Shown: piece after piece, positions 1 through 8,596 of the stretch
How the letters are laid out: every line of letters starts with the position of its first letter
Numbering within the stretch: position 1 is the stretch's first letter
DNA from: Oscillospiraceae bacterium
GTDB lineage: Bacteria; Bacillota; Clostridia; Oscillospirales; CAG-272
Reading direction: 5' to 3'
DNA: 48,463 nt
Assembly (NCBI GenBank): GCA_015065365.1
Contig: SVQL01000002.1
Coordinates: forward strand, 1-48,463
The notes under the pieces: generated by a model
What the model was told of the DNA's origin: nothing
Seen by the model: only the letters and a program-made list of their open reading frames with translations
The model's database searches: none
Made by a program: the position numbers and the translations under genes

Positions 1-691
1 TTATAAGCTCTGCGCCCTTCTCGATGCAGAGCCTTACATCCTCCTCCGTGTCCGCGCAGTACATATGCATGGGAAGTCCCTTGCTTGCGAATATCGGGAA
101 CACCTCGGATTTTACTATCGACATACTAAGACCTATCTCGTCGTAATAGCGATAGCCCTCGGCGTGGTCAAAGCGCTTCATCTGAAAGTCCGGATAGCCC
201 ATCGTTCTTGCATTATACTTGGTCTTGAGATACTTTATCGTGGGCGCGTCGAACGCATAAAACCAAGAATTGTCGAAAAGTCCGTATTCCTTAAGAATTG
301 CTACGGCAATATCAACGGTTTCCTCGGTATAGTCCTTTATCTCAACGCCAAGCGGCATATTCGGACGTTTTCCGTTTACAAGCTCGCAAAGCTCCTTGAG
401 CGTGGGGACACGCACGTCTCTGCCTACGAATTCGTCTCCGAATTTTTCTACGTACGCGGCTTCGAGCTCCTTTATTTCGTCGAGCGTCATATCGGAGAGC
501 TTTTTGTCAACTCCGCAGGTGCGCTTTGCGCTTGCGTCGTGCATTATAACCGCCTCTTTATCCTTGGAAAGGCGGACGTCAAATTCAAATGCATCAACGC
601 CGAGGTCTATTGCAGCCTCGTAGGAAATAAGCGTATTTTCGGGATATTTTGCGCAATATCCTCTGTGTCCTTCAACGAATATTTTTTTCAT
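1..691 (-). CDS. glycerophosphodiester phosphodiesterase (GDPD) family protein, 3' end cut by window edge
   Basis: Absent from ORF track because it runs off the window. Own translation from ATG 689-691 (minus) gives MKKIFVEGHRGYCAKYPENTLISYEAAIDLGVDAFEFDVRLSKDKEAVIMHD..., the HRG/ENT/E-x-D/HD GDPD signature. SD GTGAGG lies ~9 nt upstream, 17 nt after the stop of the EEP gene. The + ORF 65-949 is its antisense shadow. Confidence 0.8.
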   Translation of the reverse strand, partial: MKKIFVEGHRGYCAKYPENTLISYEAAIDLGVDAFEFDVRLSKDKEAVIMHDASAKRTCGVDKKLSDMTLDEIKELEAAYVEKFGDEFVGRDVRVPTLKELCELVNGKRPNMPLGVEIKDYTEETVDIAVAILKEYGLFDNSWFYAFDAPTIKYLKTKYNARTMGYPDFQMKRFDHAEGYRYYDEIGLSMSIVKSEVFPIFASKGLPMHMYCADTEEDVRLCIEKGAELI

Positions 692-708
692 TTTCTAAGC
701 CTCACTTT

Positions 709-2451
709 TTATTTAAATTTAACGTCAGCGTATATAGGGCAGTGGTCAGCGGCATTGATAAGCATTTTATCCACAAGGGTATTAAAATACGTGAATTTAA
801 TCTTGTCGTTACCGAAAATATGGTCAAAGCTTCCATCGGATTCCGTAGATACCGATGCGCCCAGCTCGTGCCACGTACTACAAGCTCTCTTTATTACGTC
901 GGCAGTATACTTTGCTTCGTGCATACCGCTGTTTATAATATTCCAATAAGGTGAATGGTGTCCCGTCTTATCGTTGCCCTCGGTGGTATTAAAATCTCCC
1001 GTGAGCAGGATAGGAAGATCGTACTTATCCTCTAATTCACCCAAAAATTTGATCATATCAGCGGTCTGTTTCTTTCTGTGTTCGAGATATTCCGCTTTTT
1101 CCTCAGCATTTTTACCGGGAGCCTCATAGTGTGTATTCACTACGATAAACTGCTCCTTTCCTTCTACCTTCTCAAAAAGCGCCCATGATATAGTCCTCAT
1201 ATATTTAACGTGTGCGCTCGTGTACTCGCGAGTTCCGCTATCCTTGAGCGTAAGCGTTTCGGAATTATACAGTATAGGTACAAAATTCAAATTTCCGTAT
1301 TTAGCGTCGACGTATTCGTGCTCGGTGCAGATAAGCTTATACGGTGTATTTTTAAGCAAGCTCTTTAAGTTCTTATGCCACGTAGCAGATGCCTCCTGAA
1401 GACCGACTACGTCGGGTGCATAGTACATCAGTGTTTTTGCAACGGTGGTATCTCTGCCCTTTACTGCGGGAGTATCGCTCCATATATCTACAAGCACGTT
1501 AAAGGACATAACGCGAATATCAGAACCGTCAGATACCTTGTTGCTATCCTTGAACTCGTCCTTGTACACGTTTACGGTCGTTTCAAAATCTGCTTTGAAA
1601 TTAAAGGTATCGGTGTAAAGTCCCGATATATATTCTTCCGTAAAGATATCAAACAGCGCGAGCGTGGTCGTAATATCCTTTGCGGCGATAAGCAGATCCT
1701 TATCCTTTACCGCAATTATACCCTCGCCCATACCAAGACCGTCCGCAAGCGCACAGATATCTCTCTTTGCGTTGCCGAGGACTATTTCCTTGCTGTCCTT
1801 GGGCTTGGTGTCGTAAATGATCTCAAGCTGTACTCCGTATTTAGCCTTCACGTATTTCTGTATGCTCTGCGCGCTCATATACAGAGAGTCGTCTCCGCAA
1901 ACTATCTTGTAATCGTCAATGGAATCGCCCTCGCCTATCATAAGAGCGTCGCTCGACTCGTAAGTGTAGTTTCCTATGTATTCAAGCTTGCCGTCAGTTA
2001 CCTTCAACAGCTTTTCCTTGAGAAAGGTAACGGCTTCGCTAAGTCTTTCGGGATTGTGAGCCGCAACTATTATTTTGTTGTTTGAATAGGTTATTGAATA
2101 GTCGTCGTAGCCTATGCTTTCCATAGCCGCTGCGGATTCTGCACGGCAGGTGAATCCAATCAAAATTTCCTTATCGGTGTTGCCGTTGCCGTCTTTCTTG
2201 GCAACTGCGTGCTTCAAGGAAAATCCCTCTGCGGGCTTTGCCAGCGAGAAGACGCAGGAGTCAATAATTTCTGTTGACTCTGAGGGCTTGACTACCGTAA
2301 AGTAAGCGCCCGAGGCGTCAGCTATAACAATAGGTTCTTCAAGCAGGACAACTCCGTCCTCGTTTACCGTAGGACCGTCATTATTCTTGCAGGAGCATAT
2401 CGGCAGTGCTACGAATATAAGTGCAAGTACAAGTACTATATACTTTTTCAT
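709..2451 (-). CDS. lipoprotein with C-terminal endonuclease/exonuclease/phosphatase (EEP) domain
   Basis: 580 aa. N-terminus MKKYIVLVLALIFVALPICSCKNN is a lipoprotein-type signal peptide. The C-terminal ~270 aa carry EEP landmarks (MSFNVL, VGLQEA, NTH, LTGDFN, DHCPIYADV). The ATG overlaps the stop of the upstream GDPD gene (TAATG). Confidence 0.8.
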   Translation of the reverse strand: MKKYIVLVLALIFVALPICSCKNNDGPTVNEDGVVLLEEPIVIADASGAYFTVVKPSESTEIIDSCVFSLAKPAEGFSLKHAVAKKDGNGNTDKEILIGFTCRAESAAAMESIGYDDYSITYSNNKIIVAAHNPERLSEAVTFLKEKLLKVTDGKLEYIGNYTYESSDALMIGEGDSIDDYKIVCGDDSLYMSAQSIQKYVKAKYGVQLEIIYDTKPKDSKEIVLGNAKRDICALADGLGMGEGIIAVKDKDLLIAAKDITTTLALFDIFTEEYISGLYTDTFNFKADFETTVNVYKDEFKDSNKVSDGSDIRVMSFNVLVDIWSDTPAVKGRDTTVAKTLMYYAPDVVGLQEASATWHKNLKSLLKNTPYKLICTEHEYVDAKYGNLNFVPILYNSETLTLKDSGTREYTSAHVKYMRTISWALFEKVEGKEQFIVVNTHYEAPGKNAEEKAEYLEHRKKQTADMIKFLGELEDKYDLPILLTGDFNTTEGNDKTGHHSPYWNIINSGMHEAKYTADVIKRACSTWHELGASVSTESDGSFDHIFGNDKIKFTYFNTLVDKMLINAADHCPIYADVKFK

Positions 2452-3194
2452 TACAAAATACCTCTTGTTTTAAGGGCTATATCGGGATAATTTGTTATTA
2501 TGGCGTCAACACCAAGATCAAGCATTTGCTGCATTTGTTCTTCCGTGTTTACCGTCCACGTATGAACGCGTATGCCTCTGTCGTGGCAATTCTTAACGTA
2601 ATCCTTGTCCAACTGTATTTGCGTGTATTTTGGGTGTATTGCGGCGGCGCCCAGCTCGGGGCAGTAGTTCCACGGATTTACCATATTGAAGTTATAAAGC
2701 GGAGCTACGAACGTATCGGGGTACTGCTCCTTCATGCGTCTTACTTGAAAATGGTCGAAGGAGGAATATATGACGTTTTCGAGCATTCCGTGTCGCTTAG
2801 CTATCTCATAGCAGGCGGGAATGATCTCGGGGTACGATGGCTTTATTTCTACGTTGACGATAAGACCGAGGGGCTTTGCAAGCTCATAAACCTCGTCAAG
2901 CGTGGGTATCTTTATGCCTTTGCGCGTGCAGTTGTAAAAATGATAGCCAAAGTCCATTGCGCGCAGCTCGGAAAACGTGTATTCGGGAATACGGCCTTGG
3001 GCATTTGAGGTTCTGTCAAGCTTTTCGTCGTGGCATATTACTACCTGACCGTCAGACGTCAGGTGCACGTCAAGCTCAAAGCCGTCTACTCCCATTTTGG
3101 CGGCAAGCTCAAACGCTTCCATCGTGTTTTCTGGCGCGTATCCGCTTGCTCCGCGGTGAGCAAGCACAAGAGTTTTTTCTATAAGGGGCTTCAT
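2451..3194 (-). CDS. glycerophosphodiester phosphodiesterase (GlpQ/UgpQ-type)
   Basis: 247 aa. LAHRGASGYAPENTMEAFELAAKMGVDGFELDVHLTSDGQVVICHDEKLDRTSN is the canonical GDPD N-terminal motif. SD AAGGAAGG precedes the ATG. Confidence 0.9.
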   Translation of the reverse strand: MKPLIEKTLVLAHRGASGYAPENTMEAFELAAKMGVDGFELDVHLTSDGQVVICHDEKLDRTSNAQGRIPEYTFSELRAMDFGYHFYNCTRKGIKIPTLDEVYELAKPLGLIVNVEIKPSYPEIIPACYEIAKRHGMLENVIYSSFDHFQVRRMKEQYPDTFVAPLYNFNMVNPWNYCPELGAAAIHPKYTQIQLDKDYVKNCHDRGIRVHTWTVNTEEQMQQMLDLGVDAIITNYPDIALKTRGIL

Positions 3195-3244
3195 AGGTTA
3201 TTTACCTTCCTTTTACTGTTTATTACGTTTATTATATTTATTAT

Positions 3245-3273
3245 ATTATAAATTAAAAACAAAGTCATTTCAA
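3245..3273 (-). promoter_or_regulatory. sigma-A type promoter of the GDPD-EEP-GDPD operon
   Basis: Minus strand TTGAAA (3268-3273), 17 nt spacer, TATAAT (3245-3250), about 50 nt upstream of the start at 3194. Confidence 0.6.
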
Positions 3274-3276
3274 TCC

Positions 3277-3372
3277 ATATATTGCGATTTTTTTGTTTTT
3301 TTGTTGTACAATATTGTGATTTTTCGGAAAACGCAATATTGTGCATGTTTTTGAGCGAAAAATCGTAATATT
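3277..3372. promoter_or_regulatory. four CAATAT(T)-core sites upstream of the operon promoter (candidate regulator binding sites)
   Basis: The sites are ATATATTGCG 3277-3286, ACAATATTGT 3308-3317 (perfect palindrome), CAATATTG 3334-3341 (perfect palindrome) and CGTAATATT 3364-3372, spaced ~26-30 bp. A near-identical palindrome occurs at 7063-7078. Confidence 0.4.
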
Positions 3373-3415
3373 TTGATTGAAATAATGAGTAATATGTGGT
3401 AGAATAAATCGTACT

Positions 3416-4255
3416 TTATTTTTCACGGGCGGGTTTTTGCCTGAACTGCGCTCGATAGCTGCTCGGTGACATTCCTTTTTCTCGCTTGAATACTCTGTAA
3501 AAGTAGTGCTGAGAACAGAATCCGCATTTACTTGAGATTTCAAGTATGTTGTCCTCATCCTTTTTCATCATGTCGCAGGCGGCTTTGATGCGTACCGTAT
3601 TAAGATAGGTGATAAAGGTTACGCCCATTGAGCTTGCAAACATATGGCAAAAATGATTTTTGGTTATGCCGAATTTGTCCGCAATTTCTTGAATGGTCAG
3701 CTCGTAAGGGTAGTTTTCGTTTATGTATTTTACTATGTGGTGCATTCTGTCCTCCGCTTTGCTTGCTTTTTTAGCATAGCGATTTTCGTGAGTGCGAATA
3801 AAAAATAAAAGCTCGGACAAATATCTCGCTACAAGGAACGGGTCGTAGCTTTCATTGCGATTTTTTCCTTTTTCATATTCCTCAAGGAGTACCAAGAAAA
3901 AGCTTCGCAGATCGTCAGCATACTCGTCATCTGCTCGAAAAGCGAAGGGCTGATTTTCGGCAAGCCGTTCGATTGCCGCTTCGGATAGGTATTCGCCCAA
4001 AAAATCCTCCTTAAAGTATAGGAGAAATCGGGTAGCGCCCTTTCCGTCTGTGCGGTGTAGCATATCCTTGGGAACCCAGACGAGGTCGCCGCTGCTTACT
4101 TTGAAAAACTTATCTCCGATAAAATATTCGCGCTCTCCGTCGAGAACGTAATATATCTCGTAGGCATGGTGATAGTGCATATCTCCCTGTGGTTGCTTCA
4201 GGGTATATTTTTCTATGAAGAAGTCTTTTGTTTTTACGTAATTTATTGTCGGCAT
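3416..4255 (-). CDS. AraC/XylS family transcriptional regulator with cupin sensor domain
   Basis: 279 aa. The N-terminus is cupin-like (HHAYEIYYVLDGEREYF). The C-terminus is a double HTH (LTIQEIADKFGITKNHFCHMF ... SSKCGFCSQHYFYRVFKREKGMSPSSYR). SD GGAGG is present. Confidence 0.9.
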   Translation of the reverse strand: MPTINYVKTKDFFIEKYTLKQPQGDMHYHHAYEIYYVLDGEREYFIGDKFFKVSSGDLVWVPKDMLHRTDGKGATRFLLYFKEDFLGEYLSEAAIERLAENQPFAFRADDEYADDLRSFFLVLLEEYEKGKNRNESYDPFLVARYLSELLFFIRTHENRYAKKASKAEDRMHHIVKYINENYPYELTIQEIADKFGITKNHFCHMFASSMGVTFITYLNTVRIKAACDMMKKDEDNILEISSKCGFCSQHYFYRVFKREKGMSPSSYRAQFRQKPAREK

Positions 4256-4357
4256 AGAATATAACCTCCAAAGACGTATAATTTTATCTTATTATACTAT
4301 ATTTTAGTAAAAGTTGCAATATATTAAGAAAAAATATTTTAAAAAAGGAGATTTTTA

Positions 4358-6058
4358 ATGAGAAAACGAATATGTGCGTTGTTTTTAGCTGCGGTTCTTT
4401 TGGTCGGCATCATGACATCATCTACCTCGTGCACTGCCATTCTATTGAGAAGGATCTTGTCGAACGATTCGTCTGATGACAAACCGCAGACAGAACCGAA
4501 TTTTGAAGCCCAAACAGAGACGGAGCTTGAAGATCAAACGGATACAGATACAGAAAAAGATAGCGAAGGAGAAAATGATATGGATATTTCAATTTACACA
4601 ACACCCGAAGAGATGGGGATATCGTCTGCGGAGATTACGAAGGTCATAGAGGGCTTTGAGGAGAACGGACTTTCCATGCACAGCGTGCTTGTAATGCGCC
4701 ATGGCGAGATAGTTGCCGAGGGCTATGCCGAGCCTTACGATAAGGATACGCTTCACAGAATGTACTCCGTTAGCAAGAGCTTTACGTCTATGGCTATCGG
4801 ACTGCTTGAGTCAGAGGGGAAAATATCCATAACCGATACGTTAGATAAGTATTTCCCCGAATATATAAACGAAAACACCGATCAAAGAATTGCAAAGACC
4901 AAGATAGTAGATCTTTTGCGTATGGCTTCTCCCTTTACGAAGGGAAGCACGTATAAGGGTGATACTGACATGGACTGGATATCCACCTTCTTTACGGCGA
5001 AGGTTGGAAAGGAGCCGGGCTCGTCCTTTTTATATGATACGAGCGCAACCTACGTTCTTTGCGTTATAGTTGAGAAGGTGACGGGAAAGGATTTCCTTAC
5101 GTATCTTAAGGACGAGGCGCTTCTCGAAATGGGATTTTCAGAGGATTCGTGGTGTGTCAAAGCGCCCGAGGGCTACGCGTGGGGAGGCTCTGGAGTTATG
5201 TGTACCTCGCGTGACCTTGCGATGTTTGCAAATCTCGTTATGAACGAGGGCGAGTATAACGGAAAGCAGCTTTTGCCTCGCGACTACGTCAAGGCGGCAA
5301 CGTCGTATCAGATATCAACTGCGCCCGATCCCGATTCCGATACTCCTTTTTACGGAAGTGGATACGGCTATCAGATATGGATGAATCCTTACGGCTTCGG
5401 TTTTATGGGAATGGGCTGTCAGTACGCGTATTGCATACCCGAAAAGGATCTTGTGCTGGTTTGTACGGCGGACAATCAGGGAAACAATGAAGCTACGGGA
5501 ATAATTTACTCGTTATTTGAGGAACATATAATTAAGAAGGTTTCCAATACTTCTCTTACGCCAAACCCCACCGCCTTCAAAGAAATGCTCGACGCGCTTG
5601 ACGGTATGGAAATACCTTATCAAAAGGGACACGCAACGTCAGTCAGAATGAGCGCCATAAACGGAAAGACCTTCGTTTGTACCGAGAGTAACGCAAAAAT
5701 TTCGTCCTTCCGACTTGACTTTAACGGAGACGAGGGAACGCTTACCTATATGACTCCCAGAGGAGAGAAGGTACTGAAGTTTGGAATAGGCAAGAATGTT
5801 GAATGTATGCTTAACGAGCCTCAGTATTCGGGCGAATATATAAATCATCCCAACGGAGAGGGTTACAGAAGCTATTGCTCGGGCGCATGGACACTAACGT
5901 ATACGTTTGTCATAAAGGTTCAGGTCGTAGACGATTATCTCGGAAATATGACTCTTTCGTTCGACCTTGACAACAGTCCTACGCTCACGGGTAAAAAGAC
6001 TGCGGAGTGGTTTCTTGACGAGTATAAGATGAGCGGAGTATCTTACAGAATGCAGTAA
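4358..6058 (+). CDS. serine hydrolase (beta-lactamase/PBP-like family) lipoprotein
   Basis: 566 aa. It has a signal peptide ending in cysteine (LLVGIMTSSTSC), an acidic linker, then an S-x-x-K active-site motif (YSVSKSF). SD AAGGAG is present. Confidence 0.8.
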   Translation: MRKRICALFLAAVLLVGIMTSSTSCTAILLRRILSNDSSDDKPQTEPNFEAQTETELEDQTDTDTEKDSEGENDMDISIYTTPEEMGISSAEITKVIEGFEENGLSMHSVLVMRHGEIVAEGYAEPYDKDTLHRMYSVSKSFTSMAIGLLESEGKISITDTLDKYFPEYINENTDQRIAKTKIVDLLRMASPFTKGSTYKGDTDMDWISTFFTAKVGKEPGSSFLYDTSATYVLCVIVEKVTGKDFLTYLKDEALLEMGFSEDSWCVKAPEGYAWGGSGVMCTSRDLAMFANLVMNEGEYNGKQLLPRDYVKAATSYQISTAPDPDSDTPFYGSGYGYQIWMNPYGFGFMGMGCQYAYCIPEKDLVLVCTADNQGNNEATGIIYSLFEEHIIKKVSNTSLTPNPTAFKEMLDALDGMEIPYQKGHATSVRMSAINGKTFVCTESNAKISSFRLDFNGDEGTLTYMTPRGEKVLKFGIGKNVECMLNEPQYSGEYINHPNGEGYRSYCSGAWTLTYTFVIKVQVVDDYLGNMTLSFDLDNSPTLTGKKTAEWFLDEYKMSGVSYRMQ

Positions 6059-6066
6059 GGAGAATC

Positions 6067-6960
6067 ATGAAAAATATAAGCAAAATGATTAACAGAGCGC
6101 CGTGGATATCATACGTCATAATAACGTTTTTGGCTGCCATAGATGCGCTTGTGTCAATAATTTTGATATATCCGAACAACTTCGCGCCCGTTGGAATACA
6201 AGGCTTTACCGTTATGATTCAGCATCTTTTGGGTATCAGTGTGGGTTATCTTTACGTTTTCGTAAATGCGCCTATGTTGATTGCAGCATTTTTCGTTTTG
6301 AAAAAGAGTTATTCATTCAAGAACCTCAGCTATATACTCAGCTTTTCGGTTATGACGGTGTTATTTCAGAAAATAATATCTCATTTTGATTTGAGCTTTC
6401 TTGAATATCGGGCGCAGAGCGAGGAGCAAGCGATAATTGCGGCGGTTGGATACGGGGCATTTTTCGGAGTGTTGTATCCGATTGCGGTGTGGCTTGGCGG
6501 TTCTACGGGCGGAACGGATATACTTGCTGCGCTTATTAATCGCTTTAAGCCTAATTTCAATACGGTGTGGGTGCTGTTTTCGATAAACGCGGGTGTCGCG
6601 GCAATGTCTTATTTCGTTTACGGCAGACGCGCACTTCCCGTTATACTCAGTATTCTTTCTTCTCTTGTTTCGGGCTTTATAAGCGATTATATGTTAAAGG
6701 GAGCTATGTCGGGGCTGAAGTTCGAGATAGTGACGAATAAGCCTACGGAGCTTTCCGCAGAGATAATGGAAAGGCTTGACAGAGGCTGTACGGAAATTCC
6801 CGCGAGGGGTATGTATTCGGGGGCGGAAAACTCTATGCTCGTGTGCGTTATAGGAAAAAAGCAAAGAGTGGAAATGGAGAAAATTATTTCTAAATATGAA
6901 GGAAGCTTTGGATTTTGCACTCCCGTTAAGTCGATTTACGGCTATTTTCAACGCTATTAA
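6067..6960 (+). CDS. YitT family membrane protein (DUF2179 C-terminal domain)
   Basis: 297 aa with multiple TM helices, a GGTDILA motif and a soluble C-terminal domain (KFEIVTNKP...RGCTEIPARGMYSG). SD AAGGAG lies 8 nt after the previous stop. Confidence 0.75.
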   Translation: MKNISKMINRAPWISYVIITFLAAIDALVSIILIYPNNFAPVGIQGFTVMIQHLLGISVGYLYVFVNAPMLIAAFFVLKKSYSFKNLSYILSFSVMTVLFQKIISHFDLSFLEYRAQSEEQAIIAAVGYGAFFGVLYPIAVWLGGSTGGTDILAALINRFKPNFNTVWVLFSINAGVAAMSYFVYGRRALPVILSILSSLVSGFISDYMLKGAMSGLKFEIVTNKPTELSAEIMERLDRGCTEIPARGMYSGAENSMLVCVIGKKQRVEMEKIISKYEGSFGFCTPVKSIYGYFQRY

Positions 6961-6981
6961 TATACAACTAATATAAAGATT

Positions 6982-7027
6982 GGTACTGTATACAGATTTA
7001 ACCTGAATACAGTACTAATTTTTTTAT
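6982..7027 (+). terminator. intrinsic terminator after yitT-like gene
   Basis: GGTACTGTAT (6982-6991) pairs with ATACAGTACT (7007-7016) and is followed by AATTTTTTTA. Confidence 0.6.
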
Positions 7028-7062
7028 AAAATCGTAATATTATACAACTATTTTTGAGAAAT

Positions 7063-7106
7063 ATCACAATATTGTGATTGAAAATAATCTTTAAATATGA
7101 TATAAT
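7063..7106 (+). promoter_or_regulatory. GH4 promoter with overlapping 16-bp perfect palindrome (candidate operator)
   Basis: ATCACAATATTGTGAT (7063-7078) is a perfect palindrome abutting TTGAAA (7078-7083), 17 nt spacer, TATAAT (7101-7106). Confidence 0.55.
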
Positions 7107-7185
7107 GTACATGTTACTATGGAATAGTGCACATAAATCAAGGTTCCCAAGAAAAGGAGAAGGGGGAGGCGTAATCAAAGAAAAA

Positions 7186-8562
7186 ATGATACACGAAAAA
7201 GATCAAGTAAAGGATATAAAGATAGCCTACGTAGGGGGCGGCTCGCGCGGCTGGGCATGGACACTGATGAACGACCTTGCAAAGGCAGAGGATATGTCGG
7301 GAAGCGTATATCTTTACGATATAGACTACGAGGCTGCAAAAAACAACGAGATAATAGGAAATAAGATAGGCGGCGGCTGGAGCTACGTAGCGGTAAAGAC
7401 CATAGGCGAGGCGCTGACGGGAGCGGATTTCGTTATAGTATCGATATTGCCCGGAACGTTCGACGAGATGGAATACGACGTACACGCGCCTGAGAAGTAC
7501 GGGATATATCAGTCGGTTGGAGACACGACAGGCCCCGGCGGAATGATAAGAGCTATGAGAACCGTTCCGATGATAAGAGAGATAGCAAGGGCGGTAAAGG
7601 AGTATTCCCCTGATGCTTGGGTAATAAACTACACCAATCCCATGGCGATATGCGTAAAGACGCTGTATGAGGAATTCCCCGAAATAAAGGCCTTCGGATG
7701 CTGTCACGAGGTGTTCGGAACGCAGAAGCTCTTGTCGCAGGCGCTTGAGGATATACACGGAATAAGCGGAGCCAAGAGATCGGAGATATGCGTAAACGTA
7801 GTGGGAATAAACCACTTTACTTGGTTCACGTCGGCAAGGTATAAGAATATAGACCTGTTTGATACATATACGAGGTTCGTAGACAAATACTACGAGACGG
7901 GCTTTGACAAAAAGGGAGACGCGAATTGGATGAACAATTCGTTCTCGTCGGCGGCGAGAGTTCGCTTTGACCTGTTCAAGAGATTTGGCTACATAGCGGC
8001 GGCTGGAGACAGACATCTTGCGGAGTTCTGCGACAGAGACGAATATCTGACAGACCCCGAGACCGTAAAGAAATGGACGTTCGGACTTACGACTGTCGAG
8101 TGGAGAAAGAATGACCTTGTAAATCGACTTGCCAAGAGCGCGAGACTGCTTTCGGGAGAGGAAGAATTCAAGCTTCATAACAGCGGAGAGGAAGGAGTCA
8201 ACCAGATGAGAGCGCTTCTTGGGCTTGACAAGCTGGTGACGAACGTAAACGTACCAAACCGCGGACAGATATCCAACCTTCCGCTTGGAAGCGTAGTTGA
8301 GACGAATGCGGTGTTCTCGGCGGACAGCGTAATACCGGTAATGGCGGGAGAGCTTCCTGAGAGTATATACGAGAAGATACGCAAAGTCAGCGAGGAAAAC
8401 GACAGAGCGGTTGAGGCGGCGTTTTCGGAGGACCTTAATACCTGCTTTGAGGTGTTCTGTGAGAGCCATCTCTTGAAGGACCTCACCGATGAACAGAAAA
8501 AAGCCCTTTTCGACGAGATGTACGAGGGGACTAAAAAATATCTTAGTATGTACAAAAAATAA
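7186..8562 (+). CDS. glycoside hydrolase family 4 (NAD/Mn-dependent alpha-glycosidase type)
   Basis: The ORF-track start at 7078 lies inside the promoter, so the likely start is ATG 7186 (MIHEKDQVKDIKIAYVGGGSRGWAW). It has a Rossmann GGGS site plus CHEV and GINHFTW motifs. The long antisense ORF 7138-8469 is rejected. Confidence 0.8.
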   Translation: MIHEKDQVKDIKIAYVGGGSRGWAWTLMNDLAKAEDMSGSVYLYDIDYEAAKNNEIIGNKIGGGWSYVAVKTIGEALTGADFVIVSILPGTFDEMEYDVHAPEKYGIYQSVGDTTGPGGMIRAMRTVPMIREIARAVKEYSPDAWVINYTNPMAICVKTLYEEFPEIKAFGCCHEVFGTQKLLSQALEDIHGISGAKRSEICVNVVGINHFTWFTSARYKNIDLFDTYTRFVDKYYETGFDKKGDANWMNNSFSSAARVRFDLFKRFGYIAAAGDRHLAEFCDRDEYLTDPETVKKWTFGLTTVEWRKNDLVNRLAKSARLLSGEEEFKLHNSGEEGVNQMRALLGLDKLVTNVNVPNRGQISNLPLGSVVETNAVFSADSVIPVMAGELPESIYEKIRKVSEENDRAVEAAFSEDLNTCFEVFCESHLLKDLTDEQKKALFDEMYEGTKKYLSMYKK

Positions 8563-8596
8563 ATTTTAATAAAAAAGAATGAAAGGAAAGAAAACC

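Noticed and set aside
65-949. 294-aa + strand ORF at the window start
   Set aside because: It lies antisense to a GDPD gene with clear catalytic motifs and an SD. Its sequence is low-complexity, and it spans the intergenic gap into the next minus-strand gene.
7138-8469. Long antisense ORFs opposite well-supported genes (7138-8469, 15128-15925, 23962-25701, 30366-31151, 39018-39911, 39983-40816, 12416-12829, 13547-14017)
   Set aside because: Each lies opposite a gene with strong family motifs. Their compositions are Arg/Ser/Leu-rich shadow-frame compositions, they have no SD, and no family resemblance is apparent.
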